Part shown: in pieces, positions 46,249 through 56,138 of the stretch
How the letters are laid out: each line of letters begins with the position of its first letter
Numbering within the stretch: the first letter of the stretch is position 1
NCBI GenBank assembly: GCA_947453415.1
Contig: CANGGG010000007.1
Coordinates: 866-64,865 of the forward strand
Direction: 5' to 3'
DNA: 64,000 bases
From: Bacteroidota bacterium
GTDB taxonomy: Bacteria; Bacteroidota; Bacteroidia; UKL13-3
Notes under the pieces: generated by a model
Databases searched by the model: none
Told to the model about the DNA's origin: nothing
Seen by the model: the letters and a program-made list of their open reading frames with translations, nothing else
Translations under genes and position numbers: made by a program

Positions 46249-47916
46249 TTATTTGATATTAGTTAAAATGTTTTTGTAAGCTATTTTATCTGCAAATATT
46301 TTTAATGCTGCTTGCACATCTACATCATGGTCAAAACCAGCTTCAATTCTTCCTTTTTGGAAATAATATCTTCTAACAATTTCTTCTTCTAACAGTTCAA
46401 TAATCTCTGTTTTGTTTTTTTCAATATCAGCTTGCTTATCATGGTTCATGCTTAGTTTTAAGGCTTCATATTGCGTTTTTATCGCATCAAAATATTTTTC
46501 ATCTTCTGCTTTCTTTTTTACTTCTAATAAAGCAGTTTCGGTAGCCGTATTGTATTCATAATCTTTATTGGCAATAAATGTTTTAAAATCATTGAAATCA
46601 TTTTCTGTTAATTTAAAAGATTTGGCATCGCTGATGCTAGCATTTTTATTTCGGTATGCAGTGGCAAAATCAAAAATTAATTGCTTTGAAATTAAACTTT
46701 CTGTAATTTTTGATAAAGCAATTGGTTCTACATTTATATCAGGATCAACACCACCGCCATCAAAAACTTTACGGCCAGCTTTAGTTTTAAAAGCTTTCTT
46801 TAAACTGTCTACAACACTGCCAACGCTGCCATCTTCGTTTTTATGCGAATAATCTAAAGCTTGAATGCAACGGCCACTTGGCGTGTAATATTTGGCGGTA
46901 GTAATTTTTATTTGCGCATTATAATTCAAAGGACGAGTAGATTGTACCAAACCTTTACCAAAAGTTTTTTTACCAATTACTATTCCACGGTCCAAATCTT
47001 GAATAGTTCCACTTACAATTTCGGAAGCAGAAGCGGAGCCTCTATTGGTTAATACTACCAAAGGAATGCTTTCATCGGTACTTGGATTTAAAGTTTTATA
47101 AGTTTTTTCCCATTCTTTTACTTTCCCTTTTGTACTTACCACTTCTTGTCCTTGTGGTACAAAAATATTTACAATATTTACTGCTTCATGTAATAATCCA
47201 CCGGGATTTCCTCTAACATCTAAAATTACGTTTTTTAGAGAAGTGTTTTTCTTTAACTCTAAAAAGGCATCACGCACTTCTTTGCCCGCATCATTTGTAA
47301 ATCCTGTTAGTTTTATAATTCCTGTTTCCGCGTTTATCATTCCAAAATAGGGAACGTTTTTTACCTTAATTTCTTCACGTAACAACGATTTTTTCATTTC
47401 TACATCGTTGCGTTTGATGGTAATATTTACTTTGCTTCCAGCTTGTCCTTTTAGTAATTTGCTTACTTCAGTGGTCGATTTTCCTTTATTACTTTTTCCT
47501 TCTATTTCTACTATTAAATCGCCAGGAAGTAAGCCTTCTTTTTGGGCTGGATAGCCTTCGTAAGGGTCGGTAATAACTACGTAATCACCTTTGGCAGCAA
47601 TTTGTGCGCCCACTCCACCATATTGGCCAGTCATTTGAAACCTAAAGTCTTCGGCTTCAGCCTCGCTGATATAATTGGTGTAAGGGTCGAGCGTGTTTAA
47701 CATTTCGTCAATGGCTCTTTTGGTCAACTTCCCCGCATCTATTTCATCAACATAATAGGTATTAATTTCCTTAAAAACAGAAACAAATAAGTCCATGTTT
47801 TTAGAGATTTCAAAGTAAGTATCAGTGGCTTTAAACGACACCAAACCAATAATTGCAAAAGCAACAACTAGCTTATATTTTTTAAGTTTTTGTAAAATAT
47901 TTTTTAAATAAATCAT
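46249..47916 (-). CDS. S41 family C-terminal processing peptidase with PDZ domain
   Basis: 555 aa from ATG 47916 (MIYLKNILQKL...). PDZ GLLPGDLIVEIEG. Catalytic Ser context RGSASASEI...GKKTFGKGLVQ. Confidence 0.88.
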   Translation of the reverse strand: MIYLKNILQKLKKYKLVVAFAIIGLVSFKATDTYFEISKNMDLFVSVFKEINTYYVDEIDAGKLTKRAIDEMLNTLDPYTNYISEAEAEDFRFQMTGQYGGVGAQIAAKGDYVVITDPYEGYPAQKEGLLPGDLIVEIEGKSNKGKSTTEVSKLLKGQAGSKVNITIKRNDVEMKKSLLREEIKVKNVPYFGMINAETGIIKLTGFTNDAGKEVRDAFLELKKNTSLKNVILDVRGNPGGLLHEAVNIVNIFVPQGQEVVSTKGKVKEWEKTYKTLNPSTDESIPLVVLTNRGSASASEIVSGTIQDLDRGIVIGKKTFGKGLVQSTRPLNYNAQIKITTAKYYTPSGRCIQALDYSHKNEDGSVGSVVDSLKKAFKTKAGRKVFDGGGVDPDINVEPIALSKITESLISKQLIFDFATAYRNKNASISDAKSFKLTENDFNDFKTFIANKDYEYNTATETALLEVKKKAEDEKYFDAIKTQYEALKLSMNHDKQADIEKNKTEIIELLEEEIVRRYYFQKGRIEAGFDHDVDVQAALKIFADKIAYKNILTNIK

Positions 47917-48061
47917 GGCAGCAATATAAAAAACTAAATGCAACAAATTTAACCGTTCAAAAAATATTATTTGAATAAAACGAAAACTTGTCTGTTTGAG
48001 ATAATTTTAAATAAAATCCCTCTTTATTTTCTAAACTGCTCAAATATAAATTTCAGATTGA

Positions 48062-48069
48062 TATATTTG
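48062..48069 (+). promoter_or_regulatory. putative -7 box TATATTTG for fabG
   Basis: Exact TAnnTTTG match 27 nt upstream of ATG 48097. It lies inside the ORF-track 5' extension, which supports the shorter gene. Confidence 0.5.
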
Positions 48070-48096
48070 CCCCAAAAAAATTATAAAACGCATTAT

Positions 48097-48843
48097 ATGT
48101 TAACACTAAACGACAAAACAATATTAATTACTGGCGCTAGCCGTGGAATAGGAAAAGGAGTTGCTTTATACTTAGCCAAATTAGGGGCAAGCATTGCTTT
48201 TACTTATGCTAATTCGGTAGAAAAAGCAAATGCTTTTGAAGCTGAATTAAATGCTTTGGGAATTAAAGCTAAAGGCTACCAAAGTGATGCAGCAAATTTT
48301 GCTGCAAGTGAAATATTGGTAGATGAAGTGGCAAAAGAGTTTGGTAAAATTGATGTTTTGGTAAATAATGCAGGAATCACCCGCGATACTTTGCTAATGA
48401 GAATGAGCGAAGCACAATGGGATGAGGTGTTAGATACTAATTTAAAGTCGGCATTTAACATGACCAAAGCTGCCAGTAAATACATGATGAAAGCACGTTC
48501 GGGTTCTATTATTAATATTACTTCGGTAGTTGGAATTACAGGAAATGCAGGGCAAGCAAATTATGCTGCGTCAAAAGCAGGAATGATTGGTTTTACTAAA
48601 TCGATAGCTAAAGAATTAGGAAGCCGCAACATTCGTTGCAATGCCATTGCACCAGGATTTATTGAAACTGAAATGACTGATGCTTTAAACGAAGATGTGA
48701 AAGCAGAATGGATAAAAACTATTCCTTTGAAACGTGGCGGTTCAACGGTTGATGTGGCCAATTGCGTAGCATTTTTATCAAGTGAACTTTCAGCATATAT
48801 TACTGGTCAAACCATCAATGTTTGTGGTGGTATGGTGATGTAA
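48097..48843 (+). CDS. fabG: 3-oxoacyl-[acyl-carrier-protein] reductase
   Basis: 248 aa from ATG 48097. SDR motifs TGASRGIGKG, NNAG and YAASKAG. FabG-like GQTINVCGGMVM C-terminus. Confidence 0.92.
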   Translation: MLTLNDKTILITGASRGIGKGVALYLAKLGASIAFTYANSVEKANAFEAELNALGIKAKGYQSDAANFAASEILVDEVAKEFGKIDVLVNNAGITRDTLLMRMSEAQWDEVLDTNLKSAFNMTKAASKYMMKARSGSIINITSVVGITGNAGQANYAASKAGMIGFTKSIAKELGSRNIRCNAIAPGFIETEMTDALNEDVKAEWIKTIPLKRGGSTVDVANCVAFLSSELSAYITGQTINVCGGMVM

Positions 48844-48868
48844 ATTATTTTAAATAAAACTTATTAAA

Positions 48869-48925
48869 CGTCATTGCGAGCGTAGTCGAGATGTTGTCAA
48901 TTTCTCGACTTCGCTCGAAATGACG
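48869..48925. repeat. palindromic word element, cgtcattgcgagcgtagtcgag class
   Basis: 22-nt arms cgtcattgcgagcgtagtcgag / ctcgacttcgctcgaaatgacg (2 mismatches) with a 13-nt loop. The right arm contains ATG 48920. Confidence 0.9.
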
Positions 48926-51058
48926 TTCCCGCACCTTATCAATATCTCAATAAAAACTCTTAATAAAATTCAAAAAACATTGTTCAATATAAACACAGAA
49001 TATTCACTTTGGTTCGTTCCATTATGCCTTGCATTGGCTGCTGGAATTTCATGGTTTTTGTATGCCAAAAATCCGCTAAACATTGAAAACAAAATTGTAA
49101 AATGGAGTTTAAATGGATTGCGTTTTTTAAGTGTATTTGTTTTATTGTTTTTATTATTGGGCGTTTTACTAAAATCAACGAGTAAACAAGTTAAAAAGCC
49201 CATCATTATTGTAGCTGCCGACAATAGTGAATCAATCATTACCAACCAATTTGGCAAAGAATATAAAGCCAATTTGCAGAATAAACTGAATAAAATTGTA
49301 AGCGATTTAAGTGAAAATTATGACGTAAAAACTGTTGCCTTTGGCAATGAATCACAACCTGATTTAAACTTAACTTTTAAACAAAAACAAAGCAATTTAG
49401 AAGCTGTAATTAATGAAATAGAAAACAATTATAGTAACCAAAATTTAGGCGCTGTAATTATGGCTACCGATGGAATTTATACCAAAGGAAATAACCCAAT
49501 TGAAGCTTCAAAAAGTTTAAAAATTCCATTTTATACCATTGCCTTAGGCGATAGCAATCAGCAGCGCGATGCACTGATAAAAAATGTAAGGTATAACCAA
49601 ATAGTTTTTGCAGGAAATGAGTTTGAAGTAGAAATAGATGTTGCCGCATTTGACTTTAACAACCAAGCAAGTGTTTTACAAATTAGCCAGAATGGGCAAT
49701 CGGTTTTTAAGCAAAATTTTACCATCACTAATAAAAGTTTCTTTCAAACTATAAAAGCCAAACTGCCTACCAATAAAGAAGGTTCGCTGCATTTTACCAT
49801 TAATATTACCAAGCAAAATAACGAAATTAGTTATGTAAATAATCAATATGATTTTTTTGTAGATGTAATTAAATCCAAACAAAAAATATTGATTGTAGGT
49901 TTATGTCCACATCCTGATTTAAGTGCGTTTAAACAAGCTATAAATCAGAACCAAAACTATGAAGCAAATATTGTTTTATACAACGATGCAAACATTGATT
50001 TAATAAAAAAATATGATGTGGTGATAGCCCATCAATTACCAGGATTTAGAAATGAAGCTTTGCCTTTGGTTAAATATATCATTGAAAGTAAAACGCCTTG
50101 CTTTTTTGTAATGAGTAATAAAACTGGATTTGGTTCATTAAATCAGTTGCAAAACAGTTTGAATTATGCTTCACCACAAGTTACTTCCACCAGCGCTACT
50201 GCTAGTTTTAATACCAATAATAGTTCCATGTTTTTTGACGAAACTACTGCCAAACAAATTGCTGATTTTCCTCCACTTCAAGTAGCTTATGGAAAATACA
50301 GTTTAAATGCACAATCGCAGGTGGTTTTAAAGCAACAAATTGGTTATGTTTTAACCGATGAACCAATGTTAAGTATTGACAACAGTAATAATTTAGCGTT
50401 TTTAATTGGAGAAGGTTTTTGGAAATGGCGCTTGTTTGATTTTGATAAAAATAACCAACAACAAATCAGCAACGATTTGATTGCAAAAGTGATTCAATCT
50501 ATAGCTTTAAAAGCCGATAAAAGTTTGTTCAAAGTAAAACCCATCAAACAGAAATTTGACGAAGGTGAAAACATTGTTTTTGATGCACAAATTTATAACC
50601 AAAGTTATGAGTTACAAAACAATGAAGACATTGATTTAACAATCAAAAATGCACAAGGGAAACAGTTTGATTTTACCTTTAGTAAAACCGAAAAATCGTA
50701 CACCGCAAATATTGGCCAATTGCCGGTAGGTACTTATACTTATAGTGCAAAAAGTAATAATCAAAAAGGAGTTAAAACTGGTAATTTTATTATACAAGCT
50801 TTGCAAGCAGAATTGACACAAACTCGTGCGAATTTTCAGTTGTTAAATACCTTGGCAAATGAAACAAATGGCCAATTTTTTACCTATAATAATTTGGATA
50901 AAATTACTGATAATATTATAACCAACGATAATATTCAATCCATCATTTACAAAAACTCTAAACTGAACGAATTGATTAATAACAAATGGATTTTCTTTGT
51001 TATTTTATTGCTGTTAAGCGTTGAATGGTTTATCCGAAAATGGAGTGGAAGTATTTAG
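48920..51058 (+). CDS. membrane-anchored VWA-like domain protein (function unknown)
   Basis: 712 aa. N-terminal TM pair and a C-terminal TM span. DxSxS MIDAS-like AADNSES. The start is uncertain (ATG 48920 lies inside the palindrome; an in-frame TTG is at 48980). Confidence 0.6.
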   Translation: MTFPHLINISIKTLNKIQKTLFNINTEYSLWFVPLCLALAAGISWFLYAKNPLNIENKIVKWSLNGLRFLSVFVLLFLLLGVLLKSTSKQVKKPIIIVAADNSESIITNQFGKEYKANLQNKLNKIVSDLSENYDVKTVAFGNESQPDLNLTFKQKQSNLEAVINEIENNYSNQNLGAVIMATDGIYTKGNNPIEASKSLKIPFYTIALGDSNQQRDALIKNVRYNQIVFAGNEFEVEIDVAAFDFNNQASVLQISQNGQSVFKQNFTITNKSFFQTIKAKLPTNKEGSLHFTINITKQNNEISYVNNQYDFFVDVIKSKQKILIVGLCPHPDLSAFKQAINQNQNYEANIVLYNDANIDLIKKYDVVIAHQLPGFRNEALPLVKYIIESKTPCFFVMSNKTGFGSLNQLQNSLNYASPQVTSTSATASFNTNNSSMFFDETTAKQIADFPPLQVAYGKYSLNAQSQVVLKQQIGYVLTDEPMLSIDNSNNLAFLIGEGFWKWRLFDFDKNNQQQISNDLIAKVIQSIALKADKSLFKVKPIKQKFDEGENIVFDAQIYNQSYELQNNEDIDLTIKNAQGKQFDFTFSKTEKSYTANIGQLPVGTYTYSAKSNNQKGVKTGNFIIQALQAELTQTRANFQLLNTLANETNGQFFTYNNLDKITDNIITNDNIQSIIYKNSKLNELINNKWIFFVILLLLSVEWFIRKWSGSI

Positions 51059-51179
51059 TTTCTGTAAGAAAACCCCAATTTCTTCGTTATACTTGCTATA
51101 AAACTAGTCATTTGCAAAAAGCAAACTCCCATTTTTCTATCATTGCAAGCCTCGAACTTATAATTTTCTTATCAGAAAC
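51058..51179. repeat. 15-nt imperfect inverted repeats enclosing a word-rich 90-nt spacer
   Basis: gtttctgtaagaaaa (51058-51072) versus ttttcttatcagaaac (51164-51179). The spacer contains aaaaccccaatttct, cattgcaag and cctcgaac, words seen in the other elements. Confidence 0.6.
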
Positions 51180-51246
51180 CGTGCTCTTTTAATGAATGTT
51201 TTGAAGAAATTTTTCATTCTCAAACATTCTGTTACATTTGCTAACC

Positions 51247-52494
51247 ATGAAAATAAAATCATATTATTTAGTAATTGCATTATTTTTATTCATTAAAATA
51301 AATGCGCAAACTGTTCCAACGGTTATTATTAACGCCACTATTCATGTGGGTAATGGACAAGTTATTGAAAATGGAACAGTGGTTTTTAGCCAAGGTAAAA
51401 TTGAATATGTGGGTACCGAAAATAAAATACTTTATAAAACTGCCACCATTATTGATGCCAAAGGAAAACATGTTTATCCGGGTATTATTTGCTTAAATAA
51501 TTATGTGGGATTAAGCGAAATAGAAGCTGTTCGTGCCACCCACGATTTTAGTGAAAATGGACATATGAATCCAAATGTTCGCTCCCAAATTGCATATAAT
51601 ACTGACTCTAAAATTCTTCCAACTTTAAAAGTAAATGGAATTTTATTTGTTCAATCGGTTCCGCAAGGAGGCATGATTAGCGGCACTTCAAGCATTATGA
51701 AAACTGAAGGTTGGAATTGGGAAGATGCAACCTTAAAACAAGATGATGCCATTCATTTAAATTGGCCAGATTATACCCGCGCCAACGATAAACAGAAAGA
51801 ACAAATAGCAGAAAGAATCAATGAAATAAATGCATTTTTTGATGAAGCTTTGCAATATCAAACCAATACTCCAACCATTACAAATGTGAGGTTAGAAGCC
51901 ATGCGCGGTTTGTTTAACCAAACCAAAAAATTGTTTATTCATGTAAATACTGCCAAAGGAATTATCAATAGCGTCAACTTTTTTAAGAAAAATTTTCCCA
52001 ATATTCAATTAGTTTTAGCGGAAGCAATTGAAGCAAACTTGTGCGTTGATTTTATTAAAGAAAATAATATTCCAGTAGTTTTAAGTAATATTCATAGCTT
52101 GCCAAGTAATGCTAATAAAGATGTAGATCAACCTTTTAAAACTGCTGCTCAATTACAAAAAGCGGGAATATTATTTGCTATCAGCCACAAAGAAAGTTGG
52201 CAAACTAGGAACTTAATGTTTAATGCTGGAACAACTGTAGCTTATGGTTTAACCAAAGAAGAAGCTTTGCAAGCAATTACTTTAAATGCTGCAAAAATTA
52301 TAGGTATTGATGCCAATTACGGAAGCATAGAAAAAGGCAAAAGTGCTTCTATAATTATCAGCAAAGGCGATATTTTAGACATGCGCACCAATGTGTTAAC
52401 TGAAGCCTTTATTAATGGTGAAGCAGTTAATTTAAACAACGAACAAAATGCTTTGAACAGTAAATATTTGAAAAAATATGGCTTGAAGGAGTAA
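51247..52494 (+). CDS. amidohydrolase family protein
   Basis: 415 aa from ATG 51247 (signal peptide MKIKSYYLVIALFLFIKINAQ). N-terminal beta-sandwich pattern INATIHVGNGQVIENGTVVFSQGKIEYVG...IDAKGKHVYPG. Confidence 0.7.
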   Translation: MKIKSYYLVIALFLFIKINAQTVPTVIINATIHVGNGQVIENGTVVFSQGKIEYVGTENKILYKTATIIDAKGKHVYPGIICLNNYVGLSEIEAVRATHDFSENGHMNPNVRSQIAYNTDSKILPTLKVNGILFVQSVPQGGMISGTSSIMKTEGWNWEDATLKQDDAIHLNWPDYTRANDKQKEQIAERINEINAFFDEALQYQTNTPTITNVRLEAMRGLFNQTKKLFIHVNTAKGIINSVNFFKKNFPNIQLVLAEAIEANLCVDFIKENNIPVVLSNIHSLPSNANKDVDQPFKTAAQLQKAGILFAISHKESWQTRNLMFNAGTTVAYGLTKEEALQAITLNAAKIIGIDANYGSIEKGKSASIIISKGDILDMRTNVLTEAFINGEAVNLNNEQNALNSKYLKKYGLKE

Positions 52495-52499
52495 AGAAT

Positions 52500-53144
52500 T
52501 TATTCATCGATAAAATCTAAAATTTTATCAATTGTATTTTGATTTACTTCATGTTTACCTTCAAATATTTTAAAGGCACAATTTGCAATTTTGAACAGTA
52601 TTTGATGTGATTCAATTTTCTCGGGTTTTAAAATATTTTCTTGGTCACCAACTAAATATAAACTTTTTAAATTGGCTAGTTTTTCAGGTAAATTTTCTTG
52701 AAATTCTTTGCCAATCTCACCAGCAATCATTACAGAATAATCAAATTTAAAATCACTTGATTCTATAAAACGAGTTTGAGTAGAAACACCTTGACTAAAT
52801 CCTAAAACAATGGTTTTAGCTTGGGTAAATGAAACTAAATTCAGAGACTTTACCAATGAATTTAAGTAATTGGTATAGTCAATAATTTCATGTTCGCGTT
52901 CCAAACTTGTCATCCAACTTGCTACTGGATTTCCACTAAATCCACGTGAATAAAATTTATTCAAACCTTCGGGAGCAATAATAAAATGTTCACTTCCCAA
53001 ACTTTCAAAATTACTTAAAAAGGCATCCGCGGTTTGCGCATATCCATGAATAATTATCCAAATGAATTGGGTATGATTACCTAAATTTCCATGGGTAAAA
53101 TAACGAGCGGTTTTGGTAATGGGAAAAAAGTGTTTTTGCATCAA
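52500..53144 (-). CDS. alpha/beta hydrolase (carboxylesterase/phospholipase-like)
   Basis: 214 aa. Nucleophile elbow GFSQG, with HG near the N-terminus (IIIHGYAQ). Confidence 0.65.
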   Translation of the reverse strand: MMQKHFFPITKTARYFTHGNLGNHTQFIWIIIHGYAQTADAFLSNFESLGSEHFIIAPEGLNKFYSRGFSGNPVASWMTSLEREHEIIDYTNYLNSLVKSLNLVSFTQAKTIVLGFSQGVSTQTRFIESSDFKFDYSVMIAGEIGKEFQENLPEKLANLKSLYLVGDQENILKPEKIESHQILFKIANCAFKIFEGKHEVNQNTIDKILDFIDE

Positions 53145-53155
53145 TAGAAGTTTAT

Positions 53156-53185
53156 AAAAAAAGCCATCAGATAACTGATGGCTTT
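53156..53185 (-). terminator. rho-independent terminator
   Basis: 10-bp stem aagccatcag/ctgatggctt, loop ataa, then T7 on the minus strand. Lies 20 nt after the 53205 stop. Confidence 0.8.
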
Positions 53186-53204
53186 AAGTTAATAAAAAAT
53201 GTTA

Positions 53205-53684
53205 TTATTTTTTAACAAAAGTATAAGAAATTGTTTGGTCTGTTCCTCCAATATTTTCTGTCAATTTTAGTTTCATCATGCTAGCTTCTAATTGTAAAAC
53301 TCCTAAATTAGTTGAATCATCTATTAATATATTTGTTTCATTATTAGTAAACTTCCAAGTTCCAGGTGTAGTTTGTGCACTTGTAGAATCACACATCGTT
53401 AAACCTTCGTCTGAAATATAAGTTCCATTTGCATTAAAATTCATGAAATCATCTTTTGAACAATCATCCATTAATGCATAGAAATCAGTAATAGTTCCAC
53501 CGGTTCCATCAGGAATACCAGGGTTCATAATTGCTGCACTCATAAACCAGTTTTTGCCAACTAATTTTTGTGTGTTTGATTCAGTAGTTGTAGTGGTTGA
53601 GTCTTTTGAACATGAAGTAAAAAAGGTAAATGTTGCGATTAATGCAATTCCTAAAAGTGTTGTTTTTTTCATTTTGTTTTTCAT
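53205..53684 (-). CDS. lipocalin-like lipoprotein (hypothetical)
   Basis: 159 aa. Lipobox FFTSC. The short beta-rich body with KLVGKNWFM...WKFTNNETN resembles lipocalin-like domain proteins. Confidence 0.6.
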   Translation of the reverse strand: MKNKMKKTTLLGIALIATFTFFTSCSKDSTTTTTESNTQKLVGKNWFMSAAIMNPGIPDGTGGTITDFYALMDDCSKDDFMNFNANGTYISDEGLTMCDSTSAQTTPGTWKFTNNETNILIDDSTNLGVLQLEASMMKLKLTENIGGTDQTISYTFVKK

Positions 53685-53724
53685 TTTGTTTTAGATTTTA
53701 GATTTTTTTTTATTTAAATTTTAT

Positions 53725-55992
53725 TTAAGCTAATTTTTTTTCAAGTGATGTATTGTAAATATTAGCATAATCTGAAGTTTTACCAAAGCTAAATCCATTT
53801 ACCATTATTTCATCATTAGAAACAGTTCCTAAATTTTTAAAATTGATTTTTATGCTTTTTAGAAAATTAGTTACTTCCTTAACTTTATTTTCTTTCACAG
53901 TAACAATCACTCTTCCTTGAGCCTCACCAAATAGAAATGAATCATTTCTAAGTGAAGTACCATTATAATTAATATTAAAAGAAAGATTTCTAATCATTGC
54001 ACTTTCAAGTAAAGTGATAAATAAACCACCTTCACTTATATCGTGAGCTGATTCAATGCTATTATTGTTAATTAAACCTAAAACAGCTTTGTGTAATAAA
54101 TGTTCTTCGTCAAGGTTAAAGTATGGTGCAGGCGAATACTGTACTTTGCGATAATGAGCTAAATAATGAGATGAAGCAATATCGTTTCTTATTTTTCCAA
54201 TTACAAATATTGCATCACCTTCATTTTTAAAATCCATGGTCATGTGTGGTTTATTATTACTAATTAATCCCACCATTCCAATAGTTGGAGTTGGAAAAAC
54301 TGCATCATTATCACTACTTTGATTATAAAAACTAACGTTTCCACCTGTAACAGGCGTGCCAAATTTTAAACAAGCTTCACTAATTCCCTTTATTGCATGA
54401 ACAAACTGATAATAAACTTCTGTATTATAAGGGTTTCCAAAGTTTAAGCAATTGGTAATAGCTGCAGGTTCGGCACCACTACATACTAAATTACGCGCTG
54501 CTTCTGCTACCGCAATTTGCCCACCTACAAATGGATTTGCCCAAACAAAACGGCTGTTACAATCTACCGTCATCGCAATTGATTTATCAGTGCCTTTTAC
54601 TTTTACTACACTTGCATCGCTTGGAGCATTGGTAGTTTGATTAATGGTTCCCACCATGCTATCATATTGATTAAAAATCCATCTTTTAGAAGCAATATTT
54701 GGGTGAGCAGCTAAAAATTTTGCAATGTGTTTAGCTGAATTCACTTCTTTTAATGAATTATAATTTGCGATATCGCAATCAGGTATTTCTTTGATATTAA
54801 ATTTTGAAATTTCTTTTAAATAGGTAGGTTTTGTATATTCTCTATGGTAAACAGGAGCACCCCCACCCAAAACCAAACTTTCTGCAGGAATATCGGCACG
54901 TAACTCATTATTCATAAAATATTTTACATTTCCAGAATCTGTAACTTCACCAATAATAGCAAAAGTTAAATCCCATTTGCTTAGTACTTTTTCAACTATC
55001 GCTTCCATTCCTTTATGAACTATCACGAGCATTCGTTCTTGACTTTCCGACAAAAGAATTTCCCAATCTTTCATTCCTTCTTGACGCATTGGAACTTTGT
55101 CTAACCAAACATTCATTCCAGTTCCGCTTTTTGCAGTCATTTCACTAGTAGAGCATGTAATTCCTGCCGCACCCATGTCTTGCATTCCAACTATTGCATC
55201 GGTTTCTAATAATTCTAAACTTGCTTCTAAAATTAATTTTTCCCAAAATGGATCACCAACTTGAACTGAAGGCAAATCTTTTGCTGAATCTTTAGTAATC
55301 TCTTTGCTTGCAAAAGCAGCACCATGAATTCCGTCTTTACCAGTGGCAGAACCAAATATGTAAACCGGATTTCCAACGCCTTCGGCAATTGCAGAAACAG
55401 TTTTTCCAACTTTTGCAATGCCAACACTCATGGCATTTACTAACGGATTAACTTGATAGCAGTCATCAAAATAAACTTCGCCACCTACAGTAGGAATTCC
55501 AAATGCATTTCCATAATTACCAATACCTTTTACAATTCCACGAACTAACCATTTGGTTCTTTCATTGTCAATATTTCCAAAACGCAATGAATTAAGTTGG
55601 GCAATTGGGCGAGCACCCATTGAAAAAATATCGCGGTTAATTCCGCCAACACCAGTAGCAGCGCCTTGGTATGGCTCTATTGCGCTTGGATGATTATGGC
55701 TTTCTATTTTAAAACAACATGCTAATCCATCACCAATATCAATTAATCCTGCATTCTCCTCGCCAGCCTTAGCTAACATTTTTTCTCCTTCTTTTGGCAA
55801 TGTTTTTAACCAAACGATAGAATTTTTATATGAACAATGTTCACTCCACATGACCGAAAAAATAGTCATTTCTGTAAACGTTGGTATACGACCTAAAATA
55901 TCTTTTATTTTTTCGAATTCTTCAGGGCGAAGCCCTAGTTGTTGTGCTTGATCAAGTGAGGCTATATTGCCATTTGGAATTGATTGGTTCAT
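53725..55992 (-). CDS. purL: phosphoribosylformylglycinamidine synthase subunit PurL
   Basis: 755 aa. [32 protein letters not shown], and duplicated AIR-synthase-like domains. Confidence 0.95.
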   Translation of the reverse strand: MNQSIPNGNIASLDQAQQLGLRPEEFEKIKDILGRIPTFTEMTIFSVMWSEHCSYKNSIVWLKTLPKEGEKMLAKAGEENAGLIDIGDGLACCFKIESHNHPSAIEPYQGAATGVGGINRDIFSMGARPIAQLNSLRFGNIDNERTKWLVRGIVKGIGNYGNAFGIPTVGGEVYFDDCYQVNPLVNAMSVGIAKVGKTVSAIAEGVGNPVYIFGSATGKDGIHGAAFASKEITKDSAKDLPSVQVGDPFWEKLILEASLELLETDAIVGMQDMGAAGITCSTSEMTAKSGTGMNVWLDKVPMRQEGMKDWEILLSESQERMLVIVHKGMEAIVEKVLSKWDLTFAIIGEVTDSGNVKYFMNNELRADIPAESLVLGGGAPVYHREYTKPTYLKEISKFNIKEIPDCDIANYNSLKEVNSAKHIAKFLAAHPNIASKRWIFNQYDSMVGTINQTTNAPSDASVVKVKGTDKSIAMTVDCNSRFVWANPFVGGQIAVAEAARNLVCSGAEPAAITNCLNFGNPYNTEVYYQFVHAIKGISEACLKFGTPVTGGNVSFYNQSSDNDAVFPTPTIGMVGLISNNKPHMTMDFKNEGDAIFVIGKIRNDIASSHYLAHYRKVQYSPAPYFNLDEEHLLHKAVLGLINNNSIESAHDISEGGLFITLLESAMIRNLSFNINYNGTSLRNDSFLFGEAQGRVIVTVKENKVKEVTNFLKSIKINFKNLGTVSNDEIMVNGFSFGKTSDYANIYNTSLEKKLA

Positions 55993-56138
55993 ATTTGAAA
56001 AATAAGGTGCGAATTTGCGAAAAATTTAGCAAAAAACTGCTATTTATGTAAAATTTAAGAAAAAGCAAGTTTTAAAAGTTTTTTTTTAATTTTTAAATGA
56101 TAAATTCGTGTTTCGAAATTTTAAATAAATATTATAAA

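Noticed and set aside
48920-51058. The VWA-like membrane protein as part of a Bat/aerotolerance operon or a VWA-based defence system.
   Set aside because: No MoxR-type ATPase, other Bat-like genes or effector genes are adjacent. The neighbours are fabG and an amidohydrolase. Only a DxSxS motif supports the VWA call.
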